DNA of 64,000 bases from Lama guanicoe (taxonomy: Eukaryota): the NCBI GenBank assembly GCA_013239625.1, contig MU053472.1:2391822-2455821 (forward strand), written 5' to 3'. Made by a program: the position numbers and the translations under genes. The notes under the pieces were generated by a model. It had not been told where the DNA came from. It worked only from the letters and a program-made list of their open reading frames with translations, and did no database searches. Positions 26,425 to 38,499 of the stretch are shown one piece after another (position 1 is the stretch's first letter; every line of letters starts with the position of its first letter).

Positions 26425-26559
26425 TTTTATGGATACTTTGTGCTTGGTAAAGGAACGACTCCTGAGCAGCTGGTAAATACAATGAATAGGCAAAAAGCCC
26501 GTAATGTTGGCACTCAGGTTGCTGGTGACAGGGACCCGAACTGCATGAGCTGTGACAAC
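26425..26559 (-). CDS. INTS2: INTS2 exon 13: VVTAHAVRVP...KHKVSIK
   Basis: tag acceptor, AAA|gtatga donor. Confidence 0.95.
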
Positions 26560-27829
26560 CTAAAAAGGAAAAATAGTATTAATACTTATTATAGAACCAA
26601 AAATAAAATTACTCTGAAAGAGGGAGAATTAGCCAGGTAGACTTTCAATACTTAATACAAATGTGGTCCTTAGAAATGAATAATAAAAACCAATTACACG
26701 ATTTAATTATTTTGAGTAATGAGACAGCATCATACATTTAGGGGACTTTTGTAAAGTTCTCCACTTTTTAAAATTTGTTTTTAAACAGATATGTTGACAG
26801 GGGTATAATAAAGTAAAAAATAATAATAATATGTAAAATTTGGAATCATAAAATCTGGGCTCAGTGACTTTGGATAAGTCATTTTATCTTATGAGCCTAT
26901 TTTCACATCTAAAAAATGGGACAATACTGTCTTACCTGCCTCAAAAGGCTTTTGCGAGAGGGAAAAAATTTTTTTTGAAAACGTGTGAATTATAAAGAAA
27001 CAAATATATACAAATAAGAATTTTCATTGTTATTCTCATTGTGTCAATGCATTGACCGCTGTCTTTCAAAGACCCTCCCTAAAGTTGTCTTCCCGTTAGT
27101 TCAAATTAAACACATAAAAAATAACTTATGAGTCTCCTGTGTTCCATGTGTGACTGTTCTGTGGGAGCGTATGTGCCCTGAAGGGAGAAGGGAGAGTTTG
27201 GTATAGGAATGAGAATATTAATTACCCTAAAAGAAACAACAGTTACGGATCTATGATATTTTAAAATACTTCATTTTTCAAGACATACTTAATTTTGCAT
27301 TCTGAAATTTAAATTGACAAAAAAACCTGAGAATTAATTGTAAATTTCAGAATAGTCTCTGTCACTGAAAAAATAAAATATTATTAGGATTACCCATGGA
27401 CAAAAGTGCTGAGACCAAATAAAAAGAGGTAAATATAATAAGGAATTTGGACCCTGGCTTTTAATCTAGTTATAAATGAACCTGACAGTCTAAAGGGTTA
27501 AACAGGTGTCTATTTTTTCTCCTGATAAATGCAAATGATAACCCTACATGAGAGCCCTACCATCAATATCTAAGACATCTTACATAGCTACTCAGTCTTC
27601 AAAATACATAAATTCAAAACATGCTTTTATATGTAGTAAAGAGCTTTAAAAGTAAATTTTAAACAGGATTATCATTTACAGAAATATCAAAAATTAATAA
27701 ATTATCACTGGAAACTAAGAAGAAATAAAAAGACTTATTATCCTCTTAAAGTAAAATATATAAAGTTTCTCCCCAATGAATGTAGTACAAGAAAGTTAAA
27801 GTACCTAAGAATAAAGTTAAAACAAGTAC

Positions 27830-27898
27830 CTGCTCAGTAAAAATTTCCTGTGTGAAGATAGTCTTCATCCTGCTCAGGGAGCTTGGCTTAATCACAAT
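27830..27898 (-). CDS. INTS2: INTS2 exon 12: IVIKPSSLSRMKTIFTQEIFTEQ
   Basis: tag acceptor, CAG|gtactt donor. Confidence 0.95.
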
Positions 27899-28029
27899 CT
27901 AAATAAACCAAAAGAATTTCAACAGCGTGTGAAAATAAAATATAAGAAGCACAATTTTCTCTGGTAAATTTATTATCTAAAATGACTGTGATATAGAAAA
28001 TTAATGTTCAAATACTCTATTTCAGAAGT

Positions 28030-29480
28030 GGCTTCTCAAACCCAACATTAAGCCCCATGTTTTTCCTCAGAAATTGAACCAACATATAAATGTACTTAAT
28101 AAATACCATTATTGGCATTTCAAGTCAGTGGGAAGAAGTGACTTATTCAACGAATGGAGATAGGATAGCTACTTTCTGGATAATAACATACAAAGATTTG
28201 CACACAACGCCATACCCAAAATAAACTCCAAATGGATTAAATTTTTAAATGTAAAACATGAGGCCACAAAAACACTAGAAGAAAAAATAGGTGACCATTT
28301 CTATAAACCAGAGGAAAGAAAAACTTTTCTAAACATAACAAGAAAGTAAGAAACAAAAAAGAAAAACAATATACTACACACATAGAAAATATAACGTCAC
28401 ATGGCAAAAGAAAAGTCAACTGCAACACATTATACTTCTCCACTTTTAAAGACAGTAAGGATTATAAGATACATTGCCAATTTAAGAGTAGCTTTTCAAG
28501 AAAAAAAGGAGGGAAAAAAGACCACCATGTTAACATTAGACATCAATTGTAAAATAAATCCCAGTTTCAATATTGGGTAAAGTAAGTGTCTTGAAATCAA
28601 TGAAATATAATATATAAGGCATAATGGCAGGTCATTTACATATAAAGAGCCCTTCTGAATCAGTAAAAGAAAAAATAAGTAAAACTACTTTTGGAAAAAC
28701 TGGGACATCAATAAGCCTTGAACAAAAGAAATAAACCAGCTAAAACACAATTTTTAAGAACTACCCCCCCCAAAAAAACCACTATAAACTATAATTATAA
28801 AAATAATAATAACCAGTTTCACTAGTAATCAAAGAAGTGCAAAAGGTAAGACCATTTCTCATCGAATTTGCAAAAACAAAAAGAAGGGTGATGGCCAATG
28901 ACGCTGAGAGTTTAGGAGAACAAGGCACTCTCATTCACTAATGAGAACAGTCAAACTGCTATCATCTTTGTGGAAGACAATTGGCAATACTCATGAAACA
29001 CCTTAACATCATCATATTCTCTTACCTAGTAACTTCTTTGTAGAATTTTATCCCACGGAAATAATCCCAAAAGTGTTTAAAAATATACATGTATGAGTGC
29101 CTGCGTATATACATGCATAATGATATTCATCTAAGCATTATTCAGAAATTGGAAAATGTACATGGCAAATAAGAAAGGATCCATTAAGAACGTCATGATC
29201 GGCCCGTATGATGGACTACAATGCAGCCACTGAAAATTACATTGTATTAGAATATTTATTGACATGAGGAAGTGTTCATCAGATATTGATAAGTTCTTTA
29301 AAATTACAAAATATGCCTATCAATTTAAAGAAAGAACAGATACCAGACCATTAACAGTAGTTGATACCTCTGAACATGGAATTATATTTTTCCCTTCTTT
29401 ACTATGTTTTCCAAGGTTTTTACATCGAACATCTGCTATTCTTGTAAATAACTGTTTTCATAATGTATTTTTCCCTTAGA
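28030..29480 (+). mobile_element. Ancient L1ME-type ORF2/3' remnants
   Basis: CCAAAATAAACTCCAAATGGATTAAA and CACTAGTAATCAAAGAAGTGCAAA motifs; approximate. Confidence 0.55.
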
Positions 29481-29604
29481 GTTCCTGATAAAGTTTCAAA
29501 CTATTAAACAACTGAAATAACCTCAAAATGAAAACAAGCTATTTACTTAACACTACAAGAAAATGTCCAGATTAGAAACACCCTTAAAAAGAAGATAAAA
29601 TTAC

Positions 29605-29719
29605 CTTCATCCCCAAAGTGGAACAGACCAAATCAATGATAGCACTAAGTTGGTTGCTGTGAAAGTACATGGCCACCAATAATAACATCTCCCCAAAAGA
29701 AGCAGAGACGCCTGAAGTA
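29605..29719 (-). CDS. INTS2: INTS2 exon 11: (S)TSGVSASFGEM...STLGMK
   Basis: cag acceptor, AAG|gtaatt donor. Confidence 0.95.
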
Positions 29720-29807
29720 CTGTTGAAACAGAAAAGAAAATATGAATTTCCAAAGAGAGGATAAGAAAAACATACTCAGCTCACTGAAACAAATGAAGTC
29801 ACCTTAC

Positions 29808-29879
29808 CTCTCAAAATAAGCTTCTTCTTTTATCATCCAACTTAGCCACACGACCATGAGCTGCTCCTGCTCGGGTGTA
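29808..29879 (-). CDS. INTS2: INTS2 exon 10: (S)TPEQEQLMVVWLSWMIKEEAYFE(S)
   Basis: cag acceptor, GAG|gtaagg donor; 88-nt intron to exon 11. Confidence 0.95.
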
Positions 29880-30558
29880 CTGTATAAAACACACCAGAAG
29901 CCGCCGGGTTAAATCAGATATATGAGCACAAGAAGAGAAAAGCATTCTGCAATTATTTTTGGTAGAAATTACTTTTCCTTCCTTGTTTTGAAATTTCAAT
30001 TCAAATTAATTGCTTGTTGAATTGGCCTCTGTCACTGAGATAGGAAGTAGTTTTAGGGAAGAAGAACGAAAACTTTTGTTTTTCTCCATGAATGTAAGTA
30101 GCCAAACCCTCTCAAAGTCTCAGTTACTACATTTGCAGGTTGGAGAGAGCAAACTTCCTGACATTCCTTGGAAAAGCAAAGGTCCCCTGGGATTAAAATG
30201 TTAGAAAACTGTGTATGTTAACAGCTGATATTTATTTCATACAGAAAAACATCTTGTGTTAATCTTCAAAAGCCTGTCACAAACTGAGTACAAGGGCAGT
30301 AAAACAAGTGAGACAGATCATCTTTTACCTGGAAAATGAAAGTTGGTTTATAGAAGCATTTTGAGCAGAATTCAAAATTATAGAGAAATAAGTGATCACT
30401 ATCCAAAAAAGAAAAAGAAAAAAGAGACAGCCAGGGGCTCATCAGAAATGAAAATGGTTATAAAAATATACCAACTTATACAATGACTTGTTTAAAAAGA
30501 ATTCTTAGATTTACATTGAAAGGTACAAGTTAACTTCGATTTGTAAGAATAATTTTCA

Positions 30559-30707
30559 GGGGGAGGGTAGAGCTCAGTGGTAGAGCACATGCTTAGCATG
30601 CATGAGATCCTGGGCTCAATCCCCAATACCTCTGTTAAATAAAAAAATAATAATAGTAAATAAACCTAGTTACCTCCCCCCAAAAAACAAAACAAACAAA
30701 CAAACAA
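30559..30707 (+). mobile_element. tRNA-Ala-derived SINE (camelid Vic-1-like)
   Basis: Head GGGGAGGGTAGAGCTCAGTGGTAGAGC...CTTAGCATG...GGCTCAATCCCC, A-rich tail, 14-bp TSD 30545-30558 / 30708-30721 (1 mismatch). Confidence 0.85.
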
Positions 30708-31099
30708 AAGAATACTTTTCATTGATTTCCTTCTATTTCATTGTGGTGTAAACAGGTAAAACAAAAGCAACCACAAAGCCTGCTACCCAAAGCTAAGAAA
30801 ATTAAAAAGGTCATTCTCAACCAGACCTAAATCATTCCACCAATTAAAGACAGTGTTATGTAGTAAAAAGATTACAGCCTTTAGAGTCTTTGAGACCTGA
30901 GTGGGTATCCCATCTCTACTAATTAGCGTGATCTTGAACGAGAAATTTAAATAATCTCTCTGAACGTTAGCTCCCCTACCTATAAAATGAGACAAAAATA
31001 CCCACCCTTACAGAAGTAATGCAGATGAGATGTAATGCTTAGAAATTACTTCAGGTAAAAGGAAAAGAAAGCATTTCATTTCATGTACTTAACTTCACA

Positions 31100-33220
31100 C
31101 CCTCCTGAAACACACCACTCAAACTACATTAAAGAGATTTTCTTAGAAGGTGTAAATGCATAGGATGATGATACGAGACAACAACACAAAATCCTGGAAG
31201 CTAGAGCCCATATGGATGAGTGGTACCTGACTTAATATACAGAAGAAAGCAGAATACTAAACTGGCAGGAGGGAAAACCAATCCAATAAACCAATGCTTT
31301 CTAACACAGAATCCCCAAAGGGCTGAGGAACTGACAGCTCCAGGCAGTCCTGGGAGTGAGAATAAAGGCAGAGACTAAAGGCTGAGATCTCCCAGCCCTG
31401 AACCCTCACTTTTTAACTTTGCTTATGGGTCTCCTGTCAGGCCTTCACTCTGCAGACAACAGTCTCCTCTGAGACTCTGAAAAGCCCAAGAGTTTTCATC
31501 TCTTCGTTCAAAAGCTTTAATCTCCTTTTTAGTTTCCTACTCTTGAATATGAACAATCAAAAATTATCAAACCTCTGAAAAAAGTTTCTAACTTGAAAAT
31601 GAGAGAACAAAAAAAGGCAGAAAAAAAGAAACTTAGAGAAAAGAAGCAGTACAAATAAAACCCCTCCATCATTATCATTAATATCAGAGAAATCATGTCA
31701 CCAGGAAGCAACAGACACTATAAAGAAGAAACAATCAGAGAACAGAAAAGAGCTCTTAGGAATTAAAAACTAAATAGGATTATAAGACAAGGTTGAGAAC
31801 AAAGCCTGAAAGGTAGTGTAAGCAGTATGTTCTAAAATTAGACTGTGGTGATGGTTATACCACTTTGTAAATATACTAAAAACTACTGAACTGTCCACTT
31901 TAAAATAAGTGAATTGTATGGTATGTAAATTGTGTCTCAATGAAGCTATTTTTCAAAAAAGCAGAGCACGACAAAGATAAGGAAAATAGGAAAGAATCAG
32001 AAAATAAGATGATCATTTCAGAAGTCCAATATCCAAATAAGAAGAAGTTTTAAACAGAGAAAACTCATGTGGAAGATATTATCAACAAATTCGTCCAAGA
32101 AAATTTCCTAGAACTGAACAACATGAGCTCCCAGGTTGAAAGGGCTCTCTGAATTCCTAGGACAAAAGACAAAAACAGACTATACAAAGGCTCATCACTC
32201 AGAAATTCCAAAACCCTAGGGACAAAAAGCTAATCCTACGTGTTTCCATATTTAAAAACAATAGGCCACAAAAAGGACCAGGGATCAGAATGTCATCAGA
32301 CTTTTCAACAGTAACATTGGAAGTTAGAAGACAGTGAAGCAAGACTTTCCAAATTCTCAAAGGAAATTACTTTCAACTTAGAATTCTATACCCCATCAAA
32401 CCATCAGTCAAGTCACAGTAACATTAAAACATTTCAGAAATACCCAGTCTCAAAATACTTTACCTCTCACACAAGCATTCTAAAGAAGCAAAATGAGGGA
32501 GCAAATGAAAAAAGATGGAGACATAAGATGGAAGAAAGAGGAGATCCAACAAAGGAGAGATGGGACAAGTCCCCCAGATAATAGTGAAGAGCAATTCCGG
32601 GATGAGAGCTGCGTCCCAAGTGCAGAGGTAACCAGTTCAGCGTGGAGCAGGTCAAAATGCTCCGGAGAGAGCTCCTCAAGAAAATGAAACTGCTAGAATA
32701 TCTAATGAGTCTGAATATTCTGAGAGGAGGTTTGGATTGGCAGAGAGTTTGAGATTGCATTCCCGTAAGTACACAAAACACCAGGCAAATGAAAACAAAG
32801 AACAAAAACACAGGATAATTATCAATGGAAAAACCAAGTTTTGCAGAAGAAAAGAGATCATCTACTGCATGGCTGAACTTCCAACAGTGCCATACAAACC
32901 ACTGTGTACTGGCCAAAGCAAAATAAGTATAACTGTACTGGGAGAACGGGAAGATAGGAAGGAGATGCAGACGTGTTGAGGACAGAGAGACAAGAGAGAA
33001 CTAATTCCTCACTTTCATAGTAGGAAGCCAACAAATCCTCCTAAAACTGAAAAATCTATATGTAGCAAATACAAACATGTTATTTAAAGATGTGCTAGTA
33101 AAAACCAAAAGAATCAGCCTCTCCTCTAGGGAAGGACTGCTGTTTGTCGTTAACAAATCTTGAAGAACCGTTCTGACGCCTTTAAACAATGTGCACACGA
33201 AACTTTGACAAAGATAAATC
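31100..33220 (+). mobile_element. Ancient L1M/HAL1-like ORF1 remnants with an embedded L1 3' fragment (~31825-31960)
   Basis: AGAATTCTATACCCCATCAAACCATC and CAGACTTTTCAACAGTAACATTGGAAG motifs typical of L1 ORF1 fossils; boundaries approximate. Confidence 0.55.
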
Positions 33221-33391
33221 AAATAACTGGCACACAGGAGATGCCACTGACACCCTTTTACTAAATGATAAAACCAACGTTCAAACCTAGACCAATTTTT
33301 GTAGTAGGCTCGTAATTAATGCTATACGTGTGTTTTAATAAATAAGCAAAAGCAGATCTTGAGAAAACAGACCAATCATATAGTCAGGTAC

Positions 33392-33517
33392 CTGACAAGT
33401 GTGGAGAAGGCCAGCAGCATGCAAAAGGAAAGTGAAACAAAGCGAACCCCAGCGGGGGTGGCAGGAGGGCGGCTTGTCATCAACTGCAGTAATTGCTCAG
33501 CTTCCTCTTCAGTTGGT
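33392..33517 (-). CDS. INTS2: INTS2 exon 9: (K)PTEEEAEQLL...AFSTLV(S)
   Basis: tag acceptor, CAG|gtacct donor. Confidence 0.95.
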
Positions 33518-33724
33518 CTAAAAAAGAAACATTATTAATTAGGCTTTACTTTTTTCAGTTGTGAGAAGGGAAAAGAAAAAGGGACTTCCCAACATTTTAA
33601 CTCTTCAGACACAAATCTTGAGCTTTATAATGATACCTCACTGCTTATGAAATCTTTAACACCTTAAGATGTCAAAAGCAAGACTGTTGCGTTTACATTC
33701 AGGGTTTTCCCCCAGACGCAAATA

Positions 33725-34907
33725 CAAGCAGTCCTCACTTTGCACAGTAGTATGCACAACAGTACGGGGCCAGAAAAACAAGCACACAAGCTCAAACTGT
33801 GTATCACGATCTTAATAATCAATGTAAAAAATGACAACTGTTCCGTTTTTTGTCAAAACATTAAAAATCCTGCCAGTTATAATGCATACGGAAAAATGTC
33901 TAACGGCAAAATCAGTATTTATATACATTCTATAACTGAAAATATTAGAAACACTGGAAATTAAAGTGTTTTCTTTGTAAAAGATTTATCCAGAGTAGTT
34001 TGAACAGCCTTGGGTCGGGGGAGGGTATACCTCAGTGGTAGAGCTTGTGCTTAGCATGCACAAGGTCCTAGGTTCAATCCCCAGTTCCTTCGTTAAAAAC
34101 AAATAAGTAATCCTAATTACCTCCTCATACCCACAAAAAAATGTAAAACTTAAAGAAAAAAAATGTTAGACAAAAAAATATTTAAGTGCTTAAAAAAAAA
34201 GAGTAGTTTGAACAGCCTTGCACCTTCTCATTGTGTAACTTGACAAATTATTAGACCCCCTTCTAAGTTTGGAACAGCGTCCAACATTTTCTTTGTACTT
34301 TCAGTCAGGAACTATCTGAGAGTTCCTTTAAAGGGAAGATTTCTGCCAGCATCAATCTTCTGGGTCTTTATCCTTTTTGTCACAATGACTTTCCTCATTT
34401 CTGTTGACAAGTTCTCCTTCACTAAGTTCACCTGGCTACCTATCTCAGGCCTCTCAGATGGCAGCAGTGTCAACCTTCTTACCGTCAGCTCTTTCTTATA
34501 TTTACATTTGGTTTAAACGTCACTTCCAGTGTTACCACTTTTTGTTTCCTTGCTATGCTTCCACTTTTATTGGCCAATTCCCTTTTTCTGCTATCCATTT
34601 TTGTAAAATATCGCATGGGTTTATTCACTGAGAGACAAGGAGGCGATACAAAAACCCACTCTGCTGTCTGTTCAGGAACTGAGTCGTAGTTTGCACAGTG
34701 ATCAGTTGCCAACAGACTTTAAAAGAAACGATGTATGTCTGTTATTTACGTAGTGATTTGTAGCTTGAAAAGCTCTCAGCAAAGTTTGTTCTTTATATAA
34801 TAATTTGGGTAATGTACCATTAGTTGTTGAGGAAGCAGTGTTATTCAACTAAAGTGGGGTAACTGAAACCCATGTGTATTGGAGACATGCAAAATAAGGA
34901 CTATATG
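33725..34907. mobile_element. TcMar-Tigger DNA transposon fossil (internally deleted)
   Basis: TA-flanked imperfect TIRs CAAGCAGTCCTCACTTTGCA (33725-33744) / TGCAAAATAAGGACTATATG (34888-34907). Minus-strand ...RKQKVVTLEV peptide resembles a Tigger transposase N-terminus. Confidence 0.7.
34013..34199 (+). mobile_element. tRNA-Ala-derived SINE (Vic-1-like) nested in a Tigger element
   Basis: A/B-box head; perfect 21-bp TSD AGAGTAGTTTGAACAGCCTTG at 33992-34012 and 34200-34220. Confidence 0.88.
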
Positions 34908-35361
34908 TACAAGAGCTGAGGACATTATTCGCAAGCACGTGGTACAGTGACCAAGAAAGCTTGTGCTTAATAATCATATTCTATCAACTTTAAACAATTT
35001 ATGATCTCCGTTGTAAAAGGAAACAGAGATTTACTTCCGCTAGCTTCATGGGCTAGGTGAACGATCTCTCACAGATCAATCTTTATAGCCATGTCAAGCT
35101 GTGGTAAAGTCCTAAGTTTCTTAAACTGCTGTGGCCCCTCTCATATTTACATAATTCTATTTACAATCAGACTGAAATAGATGGATACATCCCAGCTTGG
35201 AATGTTTGGCCTTAGGACTTCGTTCTTGATACAGGCCAGCTCACATTCTGACCCAACAGAAAACCCAAACCCTCTGTATCAAAGGCCTATGGCTCACTTT
35301 CTTGACATGAGAAACAAGCAAGTAAAATGATAAAAAGGTAAAATATCAAATTATGGAATAC

Positions 35362-35588
35362 TTGAGTCCAGCGATCCCCATTAAAGCACAGTACAGACGT
35401 AAGAGCGCACTGGCTTTCACAACATGTTCTTCTTTCAGCCCCGAGTACACAGACACGTTGGGCTCCAGCTCCATGTCCGCTTCTTCCACGACGCGGGTAC
35501 TTCTCACTGTGGGGAGAATGCCCATCAGCTCCAGAAGAAGCTGCCTTCTCATTTGCCAAAGGACAGAACTACTGGTCTCTCTTTTTCT
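35362..35588 (-). CDS. INTS2: INTS2 exon 8: RKRETSSSVLW...MGIAGL(K)
   Basis: cag acceptor, CAA|gtattc (weak) donor; phase 2 matches exon 9. Confidence 0.93.
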
Positions 35589-36454
35589 CTGTAAGAAATA
35601 TGGACCACAAAAGGAAGAAAGCATGGAGCACTTACTAAGTCAAAAAGAAGCCCAAACAAAGCTTTCCAGTTAAACACTTGAAATGACCCACCTGGGGAGG
35701 CTGTCGTAACTGCAGGATCTCATTTTACTCAGTCGCACAAACCCTAAACTCACTGGCTCATGTGACGAATACTCTGCCCACACTAATTTGGACTGGTTGT
35801 ACTGAAAACACCAGATTAATGGCAATTTGAACTGTAAAATGTTACATGAATGATGCTTTCCAATACGTAATGATTAGGGGAGTTATATGTGGTGTAATCA
35901 AAGTGCTCAGATTTTGGAGACAGAAGATCTTAGGTTCAAACAACAGCTGTGCTATGAATTGACCATGCACTGTTAGTTGCAGAAGTTAACCTATCTGAAC
36001 CCCAATCTCCTTAAATGACAAGGAAATGAGTACTTTATTACCCCTGCAATTAGGAGTTTACAAGTCTCCCACCCCCACAGTTCTTCGGGCAGGGATAACG
36101 TCCAGTCCTCTCTTACTCAGCAGGGCCTGCTGTATTGTGCCTGACATACAGTGAGCACTCAACAGCTGTTAAATGGGTGAATGAATGAACAAAGATAATA
36201 AATATGAAAGCAGTTCTAACTTGTAAACAACTAGGCAAATGTCAGTTATCATTTTTAGAGTGTTTCAAAGTAAAATACGATAACCCTGTTTTAATAGTAA
36301 CATTAGGTTCAATATAAGAAAAGTTTATTGCACACAGAGGACAATTACAAACAAAAGGAACATATCAAGTGCTCAGCACAGTGCCTGACATATAGAAAGT
36401 GTACAACAAATGTTAACTTCCTTTTCAGAAGTAAAGTTTAAAATTACCTTTCTT

Positions 36455-36592
36455 GGGGGGAAAGGTATAGCTCAGTGGTAGAGTACGTGCTTAGTAAGCA
36501 CAAGGTCCTGGGCTCAATCCCTAGTATCTCCATTAAAAATAAACAAACAAACAAACCAAATTACTGCCCCCACAAAAAAATAAATAACTAAA
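36455..36592 (+). mobile_element. tRNA-Ala-derived SINE (Vic-1-like)
   Basis: Same head/tail as the other copies; degenerate TSD. Confidence 0.82.
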
Positions 36593-36852
36593 TACAATTA
36601 GTTTTCAAATAGGCTAGAAGTAAAACTTGGATATAGAAAAGTATGGTGAATTAGTGGCATTTAAAAAAATAGACCGAAGGATCTAAGCAGTACACATGCT
36701 ACTATCAAGCTCGCTGACCTCAACCAGTTCAAAACCATTCTGCATTAGCTCCTTTGCAGGAATAGGACTCTATTCACAGAGTTGGCATGAGATGTTTTTT
36801 GATAAAGTACAAAATTTTGCAAGTTAAAAACTGTTAGAAAATATAATATATA

Positions 36853-37290
36853 TTCATCAGCAGATGAATGGATAAACAAAATGTAGTAGGTATATATAAT
36901 AAAATATTAGCCTTAGAAAAGAAGGAAATTCTGATCCATGCCACAACTACGGACGTTGAAAACATTATGCTAAGTAAAATAAGCCAAACTCAAAAAAAAA
37001 AAAAAAAGAAATATTGTATGATTCTATTTATATGAGGTACCTAAAATGGGCAAATTCACAGAGACAGAAAGTAGAAAAGAGACTATCAGGGGCTGGGAGG
37101 AAAGAGGGATGGGAAATTATTGTTCAGTGGGTACAAAGTTTCGGTTTGGGATGATGAAAAAGCTCTGAAAATGATTAGTGGTGATGGTTCAACAACACTG
37201 TAAAGGTTCTTAATGCCACTGAACTGCACACTTAAAAATGATTCAGATGGTAAATATGTAATATATATTTTACGATAATAAAAATATTTG
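36853..37290 (+). mobile_element. L1MB-type 3'UTR fragment
   Basis: GATGAATGGATAAACAAAATG...GGTGATGGTT...CTGAACTGCACACTTAAAAATG. Confidence 0.8.
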
Positions 37291-37898
37291 TAGATATAAC
37301 TACATTAAAATTACAGATTAAATAACAACTTATTTTGAAGACCTAATGAACCAAGTTTCATGAGTCTGATCCAGAAACCTAGAGATTACCAAAACTCTCT
37401 CAAGGGATCCAGAAGATCAAAAATATTTCCTTACTAATACTAAGATGTCATTGGCTTTTTTTTAACTCTCATTTTCTCACAAGAATGCAATGCAATTTTT
37501 CCAAAGGCTTCTATTAAGCCAGACATTAAAGAGATTTGCAAAAATGTACAATGATACCAATCTTCTCACTAAATATTTTTTGTTCTCGAAAATATGGTTG
37601 TTTTTCATTTAAAAAAATTTATAATCATATTTAATAAAGTTATTGTTATTCTTAAATAAATTAAATAAACATTTCCAATGTTTCAGTTTTCATTTCTAAT
37701 ATGATAAATATCAATAGATAAAAGCTTATAAACAAAAGCTCTTTGGTGTCATCATGATATTTTTTAAATGGCAGGAGGTCCTGAGACTCAGAAGTTTGAG
37801 TACCATGGGCTTAATGACATCATTCTAAGTGTTTCTTCCTCTTTCACTAACTACCAAAATATCCTGATCCTTGGCCTATACAGATATTTCTCTCTCAC

Positions 37899-38072
37899 CT
37901 GCTGTCCATTTCGGATAAAAGTTCCAAACCAAGTCCGGACTTTCGCATTTGTTCCAAGAAGCAGACCACTAACAAAACAAACCAAGTCACTCACTCCATC
38001 TTCACTAGCTTCATTTTTAGTATGATCCAATGTCAAAGCCACTCCAAGACCAGGCAAATGACATTCTTCCAC
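37899..38072 (-). CDS. INTS2: INTS2 exon 7: VEECHLPG...IRNGQQ
   Basis: tag acceptor, CAG|gtgaga donor. Confidence 0.95.
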
Positions 38073-38306
38073 CTAACACAGCAGCGAAAACAAATTGAAC
38101 TCATTATCATAAGGAAAAGGGCCAGGATGCTTCAGAATATAAAGCATCTAAAGTTTAGAGGAAGACATATCACAAAACAGAAAAACCCAGAAGGAGGTAA
38201 CACATCCATAATTCTAAATCTCTGTAAGATTCTAAAACCATCTCAAAAAAAGTTCCTGGTCCTAATGTAAAGGATTTTGTCTCATAAAAATAATAAGATC
38301 TCTTAC

Positions 38307-38437
38307 CACCATGCCTCGGACCTTGAGGGCCTGAGAAGGATTCATTTTACATAAGAAGCGTAAGGCATCTGTCCTGCGCCTTCCTCCAAGACTTTCTTCA
38401 TCCTGTCGTTCTCCATTTTTGATCAGGCCCCTACAAA
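38307..38437 (-). CDS. INTS2: INTS2 exon 6: (V)CRGLIKNGE...KVRGMV
   Basis: cag acceptor, GTG|gtaaga donor. Confidence 0.95.
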
Positions 38438-38499
38438 CTGAACATTTAATAGTCTCCATTACTTAAAGCTTTGTAAGTAAGATGTAAGAAACAATTTTT

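Noticed and set aside
30559..30635. tRNA-Ala(AGC) gene calls for the SINE heads (also 34017, 36455, 44778, 58168)
   Set aside because: Each has the shared SINE tail, an A-rich end and usually a TSD, plus stem mismatches or deletions; they are retroposons, not tRNA genes
32467..33222. Cluster of 60-149 aa ORFs
   Set aside because: Lie within degenerate L1/HAL1-like sequence; low-complexity antisense translations
35350..35361. INTS2 intron 8 as a U12 (minor) intron because of its GTATTCC donor
   Set aside because: Does not match GTATCCTT, and there is no TTCCTTAAC branch site near the exon 9 acceptor; treated as a weak U2 donor
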